Shown: positions 27,249-35,256, numbered from the stretch's first letter. The stretch is 62,784 nucleotides of DNA from an uncultured Bdellovibrionales bacterium (GCA_964393905.1 CAYMWO010000001.1:1-62784), one strand, 5' to 3'. Translations and numbers: made by a program. Notes: generated by a model from the letters alone, not told the origin.

Positions 27249-27548
27249 ATGCTCGTACTGACAAGAAAACCTGGCCAAAGCGTATATATCGGCGACGATA
27301 TCAAAATTACGCTTAAGGAAATTAAGGGTAACCAGGTACGGCTCGGCATAGAGGCTCCCGGGTCGGTAAGAATCTTTAGGGAGGAGATTTACCTTCAGAT
27401 TCTCGAGGAAAATAAATCAGCTGCAGCACTGTCTGAGGGGACGGCGCCCGATTTAGGAGATGTTGCAAACGCCTGGAAGGATAAGAAGCCAGGAACGATC
27501 ACTAAGTTAGCGAAAGTTAAGCACAGCGCGCGGGACGAGGAAGAGTAA
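27249..27548 (+). CDS. csrA: Carbon storage regulator CsrA (long C-terminal extension)
   Basis: [48 protein letters not shown], followed by a tail of about 45 aa. Confidence 0.92.
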   Translation: MLVLTRKPGQSVYIGDDIKITLKEIKGNQVRLGIEAPGSVRIFREEIYLQILEENKSAAALSEGTAPDLGDVANAWKDKKPGTITKLAKVKHSARDEEE

Positions 27549-27566
27549 GGGAAATTAAGGTAGCTA

Positions 27567-28028
27567 ATGTCTGGCGATAATAATCCAACGGGCTCACTCA
27601 AGATTCCCACCACCAGATTTGGTGAGCTGGAGGTCCCGCAGAAATCTGTAATCACGATTGTTGGTGGAATTATTGGTTTTCCTAATTTCACACGCTACGT
27701 CATGCTAGATTACAACCCACCGTTTTCTTGGCTGCAGAGCGTTGATAATTCAAGTTTAGCCTTTGTTGTAGTTAATGCCGGTGAATTCGGCGAAAACTAT
27801 ACTTTTAGCTTGCCAGTTGGCGACACCGAGATTGGCCTAAAAGAGGACACAGATGTGGCGATAGTGAATTTGGTATCAGTGCGACCTGACCCCACAATGA
27901 CAACGGTAAATCTAAAAGCCCCTGTAGTTGTGAATCTTGAAAACATGCGCGGTCGCCAGATCATCTTGGACGATCCACGCTATCCGACCCGACTTCCGCT
28001 GTGGTCTGGAGAGGACGAAAAGAAGTAA
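27567..28028 (+). CDS. fliW: Flagellar assembly factor FliW
   Basis: FGELEVPQKSVITIVGGIIGFPNFTRYVMLD......FSWLQSVD...LAFVVVN and TVNLKAPVVVN...RGRQIIL are the FliW family pattern. Confidence 0.88.
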   Translation: MSGDNNPTGSLKIPTTRFGELEVPQKSVITIVGGIIGFPNFTRYVMLDYNPPFSWLQSVDNSSLAFVVVNAGEFGENYTFSLPVGDTEIGLKEDTDVAIVNLVSVRPDPTMTTVNLKAPVVVNLENMRGRQIILDDPRYPTRLPLWSGEDEKK

Positions 28029-28038
28029 CTTTTCATCC

Positions 28039-28932
28039 TTAGGAAAAAACCGAACTCTGTTCGGAAAACATCTTAGCAATATCCTCTAACAGAGCAGCAT
28101 TCCCGGCTTCATCGAGACCAATATAAGCGGTAGCCTTAACAAAGGCCTCTTCTTGTTCCGGGTATCCCTTAAAATGACCGTGGCCAAGCTTATGCGCGAA
28201 AAGATTCGCTGCCTGAATAATCGCTGTTTTTTCATCCAACGGATTATCTAACGGACCTTCCAAAGGGTCGTGATGGTGTAATATCACCTGGCATGTCTCA
28301 GGAGAAAAATTCCATTTTTTTGCGACCAGGGCACCGATTAGCGGATGTGCAAAGCCGAGTAGTTCCTGCTCGACTTCAACAAACGACTTCCCCTTCTTGG
28401 TTAGATCAGCAACCTTCTTATAGTCATCCGGAAGCTGTCTAACGAGAACAATTTTGCCGAGATCGTGAAGAAGTCCTAAGAGAAAAGCCTCGTCTAAATA
28501 TGGCTTCCTGATTCGTTGACAAATTAGATAAGCCGACATCGCGGTGCAGGTGGAATTTTCCCAAATAGTTCTCTCCAGCGGACCATAAGAACGATTAAGC
28601 TGTCGTAATGTCGCTGCAACGATAATACCTTTTAAAGCCTTAAAGCCGATAATCATGATTGCTTGATTTAGCGTTGTAATCTCGCGCTGAAATGAAAACA
28701 TTGCTGAATTTGCAATTTTCAAAACTCGAGCTGCTAGAGCTGTATCTTTGCCGAGCAAATCTGTTAGCTTTCCAGCAGTGGTGTCGGGGTCCTCAACAAG
28801 TGCAATTGCTTGCGATGCGACATGTGGAAGCGGAGGTAGATCGCCCACCCAAGCAACTATTTCAGTCCAATCCTTTCCCGGCGAAAGTCGTCCTGTGAAC
28901 TCATCTGGCGCCGTAGAAGAAGTATCGGTCAT
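28039..28932 (-). CDS. HDOD-domain signalling protein
   Basis: LPPLPHVASQAIALVEDPDTTAGKLTDLLGKDTALAARVLKIANSAMF and LLHDLGKIVL match HDOD (a degenerate HD fold). Confidence 0.85.
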   Translation of the reverse strand: MTDTSSTAPDEFTGRLSPGKDWTEIVAWVGDLPPLPHVASQAIALVEDPDTTAGKLTDLLGKDTALAARVLKIANSAMFSFQREITTLNQAIMIIGFKALKGIIVAATLRQLNRSYGPLERTIWENSTCTAMSAYLICQRIRKPYLDEAFLLGLLHDLGKIVLVRQLPDDYKKVADLTKKGKSFVEVEQELLGFAHPLIGALVAKKWNFSPETCQVILHHHDPLEGPLDNPLDEKTAIIQAANLFAHKLGHGHFKGYPEQEEAFVKATAYIGLDEAGNAALLEDIAKMFSEQSSVFS

Positions 28933-29292
28933 AAGAATCCTCGCTGCGTTTACTTTAAAAGAACAATGGTCAGCAGTTTATCCCAAATAATAGGGACTAC
29001 AACAAAAACCTGCCTATCCAATATCGGCAGATCCTTCATTATCCATATGTAGTCAGAAGACTTAGAGATGATTACGGCCGATTTTTGGAAAAGATAAACG
29101 GCTCAAGTGCAATTCTTGGCATTCCGATAGCCACAGTATAGGGCGGTCCACTGAGGAAGAGACAAAATATCGCCAAAAGTTTAGTGATTTTAGTAGGTTA
29201 ATAATATTTTCGGCTCCTATTGCCAGCCCAAGAATTAGCTCTAAGCCAGGGTTTTCGGGTTGCCAGGAGTCCAATAGGAGCGATTTTAGGCG

Positions 29293-29619
29293 ATGAGTGA
29301 AGAATACGAAACTATCATCGATGACGACCGCGGAATGATAATCCTAGAAGGCGATTTCGATAATGAACAGGCAGGAGAGCTCTATCGCCGCGCCTTCAAC
29401 AAGATATTCGATCGCGGTCATCGCACTGTGATTCTCGATTTCTCAAACGTGCAAATAATCAACTCCTATGGCATCGGAAAAATCCTGATGACCTATAAAC
29501 GGCTAAAAGCCGAGGGGGGAGTTATGAAGGTGCGCCCACTATCAGGGTTTGTGAGAGAGACGTTTGAACTATTAATGCTCGACACGCTTTTTCCTGTTGA
29601 TCAACCAGTGACGGTTTAA
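29293..29619 (+). CDS. STAS-domain protein (anti-sigma-factor antagonist-like)
   Basis: 108 aa with VILDFSNVQIINSYGIGKIL, which includes the conserved Ser position of SpoIIAA/RsbV-type proteins. No partner kinase or phosphatase adjacent. Confidence 0.8.
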   Translation: MSEEYETIIDDDRGMIILEGDFDNEQAGELYRRAFNKIFDRGHRTVILDFSNVQIINSYGIGKILMTYKRLKAEGGVMKVRPLSGFVRETFELLMLDTLFPVDQPVTV

Positions 29620-29644
29620 TCAACACTAACCGCTAAATCGGTTA

Positions 29645-30040
29645 GTGAAAGTTGTCGAAACAAGGATGTTCGATTCTGTTTTTAAATTTGAGGTTGAAAT
29701 GCCGATTAAGTTCCGTCTAAAAGGCTTAGCCGAAACCTTTGTTGAAAAATTACATTGCCCAGATTGTGGCCATGACGGCGGAGAGGAGGGGGATCAGGCG
29801 TTTCGCACCGATCTTTCCCGGGTAACTTTTGATGGCATTATTGTCGTTATTCAATGCGGGGTATGCGGCCATATCTTTGTCCCAGATGGACAAAAGCTCG
29901 GTGTCATCAATTCGCAACGACTTCGCACCGCTGTTGAGAAAGACAGCGAAAATACCGGCCTGCCAATCTACCCAGGAATACGCGATGTGCGGCTAGAGGT
30001 CGAGAAACTAAACGCGTCTAAACAACACGGCTCGCACTAA
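29645..30040 (+). CDS. Hypothetical protein with CxxC...CxxC zinc-ribbon
   Basis: 131-aa ORF (GTG start) with CPDCG and CGVCG pairs about 30 aa apart. 25 bp downstream of the STAS gene. Confidence 0.5.
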   Translation: MKVVETRMFDSVFKFEVEMPIKFRLKGLAETFVEKLHCPDCGHDGGEEGDQAFRTDLSRVTFDGIIVVIQCGVCGHIFVPDGQKLGVINSQRLRTAVEKDSENTGLPIYPGIRDVRLEVEKLNASKQHGSH

Positions 30041-30075
30041 TTAAAAGTGTGCAAATATCACACTTTTAATTAGTG
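30035..30075. terminator. 17-bp perfect inverted repeat (bidirectional terminator candidate)
   Basis: CACTAATTAAAAGTGTG (30035-30051), loop CAAATAT, then CACACTTTTAATTAGTG (30059-75). It overlaps the zinc-ribbon ORF stop (30038-40) and lies between convergent genes. The stem is AU-rich. Confidence 0.55.
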
Positions 30076-30109
30076 CAGTACTACCAGACCACTATTTAAA
30101 TTTATTAAC

Positions 30110-30349
30110 TTAGCGAAGGTTGGCTAGCTTTAGGCCAGAGTCGCGTAGAGTTGCGCTTAAGCCCTTCTTGTCGATTGTGCGTAGCACGCGGCTTGATACC
30201 TTCACACGAACCCACTTGCCTGTCTCGGAATCAAACAGCCGTTTCTGGTGAAGATTCGCATTGGAAATCTTATTGGTCTTATTATTCGCGTGACTAACTT
30301 TATGTCCGCGCAGACGGCCTTTTTGTGTAATTGAGCACTTTCTAGACAT
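30110..30349 (-). CDS. rpmB: 50S ribosomal protein L28
   Basis: From Met 30349 the sequence is MSRKCSITQKGRLRGHKVSHANNKTNK....NLH.KR........WVRVKVS.R.LRTIDKKGL. The upstream 16 codons of the track ORF are unlikely to be coding. Confidence 0.9.
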   Translation of the reverse strand: MSRKCSITQKGRLRGHKVSHANNKTNKISNANLHQKRLFDSETGKWVRVKVSSRVLRTIDKKGLSATLRDSGLKLANLR

Positions 30350-30529
30350 GATCCAAACCCAAAAATCGAATATTGACGATACGTTGAGAGCCACCGCTTA
30401 TAGCAAAATTAAATTTTCCTAGCAAAAGGCTATGTCAGAACCGGGATCTATGAGTAAAACTAGCTATGTTTATAGGATCTTAGAGCTAATCTTGAAATCT
30501 AGCCCATTGGATATTGAATTGTCCCGGGA

Positions 30530-31645
30530 CTAATAGAACTCAATAATGCGAATATTGGAACGGCGGTTTATGACCGGTCCCTGAGTTGCCACTACGGCCC
30601 TCATCCAGCGGGTCACGCTTGGCATCACAACCCGCGCGTAGATACTAAACTCGCTGCTCGTCACTTTAGTCCTCTCTTTGAGCTGCGTATCGCCCTCAAC
30701 TAATGTTGTGAGAATTTCATTTGTAATAGGAAGATTCGCTCTCTGCTGAATCATCTCCAAAGCCTGATTCTCAGGGAACCCTAGGGCGATTAACACCTCT
30801 AATGGTGCTGTATTAATATTAATCCGCGCAGAACTTGCGCTAAAGGTGTTCTGTGAAACACGGACATATGGTGCAATTCTCGCGATACGCTCCATTGTAA
30901 TGCCAGGTACAAGTAACAACTCTGTTAACGACTTAAGCGGTCGGTTTAGAAACACCCCCTTATCTGCGCTCGACTCAATACCTTCGCCATTAAAAAGTGC
31001 ACTGCGATATGAATCCCCATCACGGTCAATAAAATCACTAAGGACTGCAACCTGATCGTTCGCTGCAAATCCTGTATTCCCTAGCGTTCGAGCCTCAGAG
31101 GCATCGTATTGCTCCCGTTGAAACCCGGCTCGCTGGAAAAGTTCACTGAGAGAGCTTTTCCAAAACAATTCCGCTTGTTCAGCAGGAGTCGGTCCGCTCG
31201 GCCCTGGTCCCGTTGGTGACTCTGGCTGAAGAGATCCAAACGGAGTCTGGCCCGCGGATGGCGGTGGCGCAATGGCGTTTAAGTCAATCTTCCCATCTTC
31301 ATCCACTATCATTAGCCTGGGAGTGCCGAGAAACCCGGAAATCGGAAGTGATTGAGTGGCAGCAACTAAGGCCCACGGCTCTCCTAACCAGTCCTCCTGA
31401 ATACCCTCAAGCTTTGGAGCTTCAACTAACAAACGCCCCAAATTCAAAGCGGACTTCAGCATATACTCGGCCTGTAGTCCTTCGCTGAAGCGACGAGACA
31501 TGCGCTGGTCAAACCGGGTTGTAGCACCTAGTTCGAATACGAGAATGGTGGCCAGAGCGATGACAAATACTGTCATAATTAGGGCTAAGCCTCGCTCGTC
31601 ATCAATTTGGCATTTAAGCATAGTTCTTTTCACCATGCGCCACAT
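30530..31645 (-). CDS. gspK: GspK-like type II secretion / type IV pilus minor pseudopilin (orphan)
   Basis: N-terminal ERGLALIMTVFVIALATILVFEL hydrophobic segment, EDWLGEPWA, IVDEDGKIDLNA, and an HhH-like repeat ININTAPLEVLIALGFPENQALEMIQQR. No other gsp or pil genes nearby. Confidence 0.7.
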   Translation of the reverse strand: MWRMVKRTMLKCQIDDERGLALIMTVFVIALATILVFELGATTRFDQRMSRRFSEGLQAEYMLKSALNLGRLLVEAPKLEGIQEDWLGEPWALVAATQSLPISGFLGTPRLMIVDEDGKIDLNAIAPPPSAGQTPFGSLQPESPTGPGPSGPTPAEQAELFWKSSLSELFQRAGFQREQYDASEARTLGNTGFAANDQVAVLSDFIDRDGDSYRSALFNGEGIESSADKGVFLNRPLKSLTELLLVPGITMERIARIAPYVRVSQNTFSASSARININTAPLEVLIALGFPENQALEMIQQRANLPITNEILTTLVEGDTQLKERTKVTSSEFSIYARVVMPSVTRWMRAVVATQGPVINRRSNIRIIEFY

Positions 31646-31722
31646 ACTAATCGAATTAGAGAGCTGAGAGAAAATAATATTTGAGTCAGGACAGGGACAA
31701 ACTGGAGGGGAAGAAGGCCCGA

Positions 31723-31746
31723 ATCCGTGGCCCTTCTACGAATCTA
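31723..31746 (-). other. Intercistronic hairpin between the 110-aa ORF and the gspK-like gene
   Basis: GAAGGCCC-gaatccgt-GGGCCTTC as read on the + strand gives 7 of 8 pairs. Not followed by a clean U-tract. Confidence 0.3.
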
Positions 31747-31753
31747 AGCGGTC

Positions 31754-32086
31754 TTAAGACAACATCAACTCCTTCTCTGGGGCACTGAAATTTGGCTGCA
31801 TTCCAGCTACGATTTCACGGGCATCATCACGAATCATAGCGGACAAGCCGTTAATTAACTTCACGTGTCGGGCTACTTCGTCCCAGTTTCCAACCTTAGC
31901 GTAACCACAAAGCGCAGTTGCTAAAGATTTCTGCTTATCCAGTATGTTCTGGTAGCCATCAATGCGCTCAAGTATCTCCTTTGGAGGCTCCGGCTTGTCT
32001 CCCAATGCCCGCTTTGCCGAGCCAATTGCGCGCTCCAGGTCCTTAAAAGAATCGAACAGACGATCGATTACAAGTTGTTGTAACAT
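31754..32086 (-). CDS. Hypothetical 110-aa helical protein
   Basis: ATG 32086 is preceded by GGGAG (32093-32097) at about 7-nt spacing. The track ORF extends to GTG 32182, but that part consists of the AAACCCAAAGTAA repeats. No family recognised. Confidence 0.5.
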   Translation of the reverse strand: MLQQLVIDRLFDSFKDLERAIGSAKRALGDKPEPPKEILERIDGYQNILDKQKSLATALCGYAKVGNWDEVARHVKLINGLSAMIRDDAREIVAGMQPNFSAPEKELMLS

Positions 32087-32116
32087 TAGTTTCTCCCGAT
32101 TAGTTAGCTTTGCTCT

Positions 32117-32149
32117 AAACCCAAAGTAAAAAATAAAAACCCAAAGTAA
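32117..32149. repeat. Direct repeat AAACCCAAAGTAA x2, 20-bp register
   Basis: Identical 13-mers at 32117-32129 and 32137-32149, located 31-63 nt upstream of ATG 32086 (minus-strand gene). Confidence 0.7.
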
Positions 32150-32368
32150 TAACTTGAGAACTGGCGAATTCTCGTTCGTCACAACTCACAACTTTTACTT
32201 CTTACTACTACTGCTTTGCGGTCGAATGACCTAAGACATGCTGTATCCCTGATACAACTGGGGTTGGCCGCGAAATTCTCATCCAAGATCCATCCGAACA
32301 GCAACGATGGGAGGTGTGAGATACTACTTAATCAGCAAGCCACATCAACAAGTCTGATGATCTTTGTA

Positions 32369-32384
32369 AGCAAATGCCCTGCCA
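32369..32384 (-). promoter_or_regulatory. Sigma54 (-24/-12) promoter, minus strand
   Basis: The minus strand reads TTTTGGCAGGGCATTTGCTTA. TGGCAGG-N4-TTGCT compares with the consensus TGGCACG-N4-TTGCW, with one mismatch and correct GG-N10-GC spacing. It points toward the 110-aa ORF and the gspK-like gene. Confidence 0.6.
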
Positions 32385-32596
32385 AAATTTAGTCAGTGCA
32401 AGCCCTCGAATTGAGGTGGCCAGAATAAACCATATGTAGGTTTAGCGGACAATGACACAGGTGAGTTTGGCGATGAAATACTAGAAAAAGCAGCCAATTC
32501 GGCACATTAGAGCCAACTGTCGGAATTCATTCAATCTGTCTGCATTTCGGGCAGCAAAGTCGCTGTGTTAGCGCCTATTTAATTAATAAAGGCTGC

Positions 32597-33988
32597 CTAC
32601 CTGAGAAGTCCGAGTTTGGCCTTCACCTCCTGCGGGACAGCTAGCCAACTCTTAAGCGCGGCAGGCCTTTCGGACAGTTTGGCGATGAGTGGCTCTACCT
32701 CTGTCACCGGAACAACGCTTCCGCTATCGAGCAGCACAAGCGGCGGCTCTTCAAGCTTTCCGCGGTGCTTATCAAAGTCATGCACAATGTTTACGTAATA
32801 TTTGGGATCGAATCCTAGACTACGAGCAACATCTTGGGTCTTAGAAATAAGCGCCTCGTCGTACTTTATAACCCCTGCCCCTGTTGTCTCAGCAGATAGG
32901 CGAACGGTCTTCAATAATCTACGATCTCTAAGTCGGATTGAAAGGTCCTTAAGGACCGGATCGATACAGTTGCACCAATGATCAATGTGATAGCGCCACC
33001 AACTTTCCGTCATGTGGAATATCTGCTCCAGCTCCATATTCTGAGCATAGTTCGGTGCGATAATAGCTGAAATCATCGCCTCGTCGGCAAAAATATCCAA
33101 CGTCTTAAATTGCTCCCTGGCTGTCGCAAAAGTTAGCTTTGCACGTTCAACCTGATTTCCTGCCCCCAAAATATCCCGCAGCCGAATGACAATGTTCTGC
33201 GTCAAAGCATCCACAGATTGAAGGACTCGATGTTGATAAACCTGTCGATACATTGAGTCGCGAGCGACAAAGAAATGAGTGAGCGCATCCAGTCTATTCT
33301 CTAGAAGCACCAGCTCACCTGAGGAAGTTAGCCGAAAGGAATCTATTAGCGCCGAAACGTTATATCTTCCGTAAGAGACGCTACACATCGCGCTATCAAC
33401 AATCGCCCAGTTCCCCCGGTCCGCATTCCATCCCCCTCCAGAGATAATTGCCTTGGTCCAGTTTGGGAGAGATTCGTCGTCGAGGAGAATTTTTGTGGTC
33501 AACTCAGTTACACTTGGCGAGAACTTGTTAAGTATTCTCTGAATTTCAGCGTCTTCGCGGATAATTCGCGTGCTAATCTCTTCATGCTGCCCACCCTGTT
33601 CTGGGGCCCAAACCCGCTCAGCAAGATGGGAGCCTGGAGCCACATGCCCGATATCATGCATTAGTGCAGCTGCTGAAACGGCATCCCTGAATGGTTCAAC
33701 CTGAGTAGGTGAGGTTCGAGATAGATGCTTCATCAGCAAAGTTGCAAGATAAGCGACACCAAGGGAATGGCCAAAGCGTGAATGTTCAGCAAACATGTAA
33801 ACGAGATGAGTGTTGCCCGTTTGGCGGATATTCCTCAGGCGCTGCATCCATCGTGTGTCAATAAGCTTGAGAATCAGTTCAGCGCTTCTCTCTGAAGGAT
33901 CAAACAGCAGCATCTGATGCGCTACATCGGCGAAACTTACTGCGGATTTCGTTATTTGATTGGACTGTTCGACGCGTTCCAAATTCAT
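32597..33988 (-). CDS. HD-domain phosphohydrolase (COG1078 / SAMHD1-like dNTP triphosphohydrolase family)
   Basis: WMQRLRNIRQTG, EHSRFGHSLGVAYLA and AALMHDIGHVAPGSH match the H..HD..D layout of that family. 463 aa. Confidence 0.8.
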   Translation of the reverse strand: MNLERVEQSNQITKSAVSFADVAHQMLLFDPSERSAELILKLIDTRWMQRLRNIRQTGNTHLVYMFAEHSRFGHSLGVAYLATLLMKHLSRTSPTQVEPFRDAVSAAALMHDIGHVAPGSHLAERVWAPEQGGQHEEISTRIIREDAEIQRILNKFSPSVTELTTKILLDDESLPNWTKAIISGGGWNADRGNWAIVDSAMCSVSYGRYNVSALIDSFRLTSSGELVLLENRLDALTHFFVARDSMYRQVYQHRVLQSVDALTQNIVIRLRDILGAGNQVERAKLTFATAREQFKTLDIFADEAMISAIIAPNYAQNMELEQIFHMTESWWRYHIDHWCNCIDPVLKDLSIRLRDRRLLKTVRLSAETTGAGVIKYDEALISKTQDVARSLGFDPKYYVNIVHDFDKHRGKLEEPPLVLLDSGSVVPVTEVEPLIAKLSERPAALKSWLAVPQEVKAKLGLLR

Positions 33989-34015
33989 CTCCCTGAAGTT
34001 ATGAGCTACAGGCCT

Positions 34016-35146
34016 TTAAGTTTGTGAATCATTATACAGCTCAAAACCGACCCGTTCGCAAATCTGAAGCTGAAACGCTTCAACGCCTTTAATTTCACGG
34101 GTGGAATTACTCAAAAGCCTTATTTTCGATACTCCTAACGCACATAGTATTTGTGCTCCAACTCCAAGTTCCCGGAGATTTGCACTTTCCCTGTTAGGAC
34201 GCTTCTTCGATAAAATTCCCAACTCCTCCTCGAGGACACCCTGCTTCGGGTGACGAATATAAACAAATACTCCCCGGCCTTCTTGTTCAATGCGCTTAAG
34301 AGAGCCGAGCATCACCTTGCGAGAACCTAAATCAGGAGTATTTAGTAAATCGCCAAGCCGATGTTCCGAATGCACTCGCACTAAGATCGGTAATTGTTGG
34401 TCAGCAACAGTTATGGGGCTGATATTTCCTTTAACCAGCGCCAAGTGCTCGGATCCGTCAATTTTGGAACGGAATACATGGGCTCGGAAGCGCCCAGCTA
34501 CCTCAGTCGGTAGTTCGGCTTCAGCAATGTGCTCAATAATTTGTTCAGTGGCTAGGCGATAGCGAATAATGTCTGAGACAGACACAAGGGGAAGTGAGTA
34601 GGCCTTAGCTAAGACTGATATTTCCTCAAACGATGCAAGCTCGCCGACAGCGTTTAGGCAGTGAGAGAATGCAGCAACCAGGGATGAATTGCTTAGTCGC
34701 AATAAATCAATGCTGGCCTCGGGAATACCATGCCGCACTAGTACTCCTCCGTCCTTCGCAAGTACAGGGAATATATGTCCTGGCATTACCAAGTCCATCT
34801 TCGCATCTAGTGATGTTGCTAATGTCGAAAGAGTGCGAGCACGGTCGGCGGCACTAATTCCGGTAGTCACCCCTTGGCGAGCTTCGACACTCACCGTTAA
34901 ATTCGGCGCCCCAGTAAATGTCAGGGATGTCATTAAGGGGAGCCCCAAATCACGGATCCGATCTTCTGTGAGTGCGGCGCAAATAACTCCGCGAGCGTGA
35001 TTTATGAAAAACGTAATATCAGCTGGCGTTATGTGCTTTGCGCCTTGAATTAGGTAGGAGCTCGGAGTGTCTCCAATGTCATCAAATAGTAAGACCGAGC
35101 GCCCGTCATGTAGAGATGAAATGGCATCATTTATCGGGGATAACAT
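34016..35146 (-). CDS. RibBA-like two-domain protein with degenerate DHBP-synthase and GTP-cyclohydrolase-II motifs
   Basis: Collinear with RibB (GVICAALTEDRIRDLGLPLM, GVTTGISAADRARTL, PGHIFPV.AKDGGVL.R) and RibA (RVHSE..., EGRGVFVY, RLLSNS). DDEDRENEGD is replaced by DDIGDTPSSY, GHTEA by GIPEA, and the Cys triad SEC...CDC by SEHRLGDLLNTPDLGS. Confidence 0.75.
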   Translation of the reverse strand: MLSPINDAISSLHDGRSVLLFDDIGDTPSSYLIQGAKHITPADITFFINHARGVICAALTEDRIRDLGLPLMTSLTFTGAPNLTVSVEARQGVTTGISAADRARTLSTLATSLDAKMDLVMPGHIFPVLAKDGGVLVRHGIPEASIDLLRLSNSSLVAAFSHCLNAVGELASFEEISVLAKAYSLPLVSVSDIIRYRLATEQIIEHIAEAELPTEVAGRFRAHVFRSKIDGSEHLALVKGNISPITVADQQLPILVRVHSEHRLGDLLNTPDLGSRKVMLGSLKRIEQEGRGVFVYIRHPKQGVLEEELGILSKKRPNRESANLRELGVGAQILCALGVSKIRLLSNSTREIKGVEAFQLQICERVGFELYNDSQT

Positions 35147-35256
35147 GGGCTAGTAGGAGATCAAGTTGAAATTATTCAGTATTTTCATTTAGGAGGAACA
35201 AGCGATCGTTGCCTTAGAAGCTAAAGAACTGAATTTATCTATTTTTTAACGCAAGG

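Noticed and set aside
28645-28652. Perfect GCCGATAA on the plus strand
   Set aside because: It lies inside the minus-strand HDOD coding sequence, has no properly spaced TAAA -35, and has no downstream plus-strand gene to serve.
29021-29028. GCCGATAT (sigma28 -10-like, minus strand) about 90 nt upstream of the HDOD gene
   Set aside because: The corresponding -35 region (TATGGATA) matches TAAAGTTT at only 4 of 8 positions. It is mentioned in a finding but not called as a feature.
29117-29132. Sigma54-like TGGCATTCCGATAGCC upstream of the STAS gene
   Set aside because: Spacing is correct, but there are two mismatches, including the -12 TTGC reading TAGC. It is too weak to call without experimental data.
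29062-29274. 70-aa minus-strand ORF in the HDOD-STAS intergenic region
   Set aside because: No start context and implausible composition. It overlaps the likely promoter regions of both flanking genes.
30521-30530. 10-bp palindrome GTCCCGGGAC at the gspK-like stop codon
   Set aside because: It is too short and has no loop. It is most likely a chance SmaI/XmaI-type palindrome.
32087-32182. GTG-initiated extension of the 31754 ORF (142-aa version)
   Set aside because: ATG 32086 has a well-spaced GGGAG Shine-Dalgarno. The extension is made up of the duplicated AAACCCAAAGTAA repeat. I kept it as an alternative in a finding.
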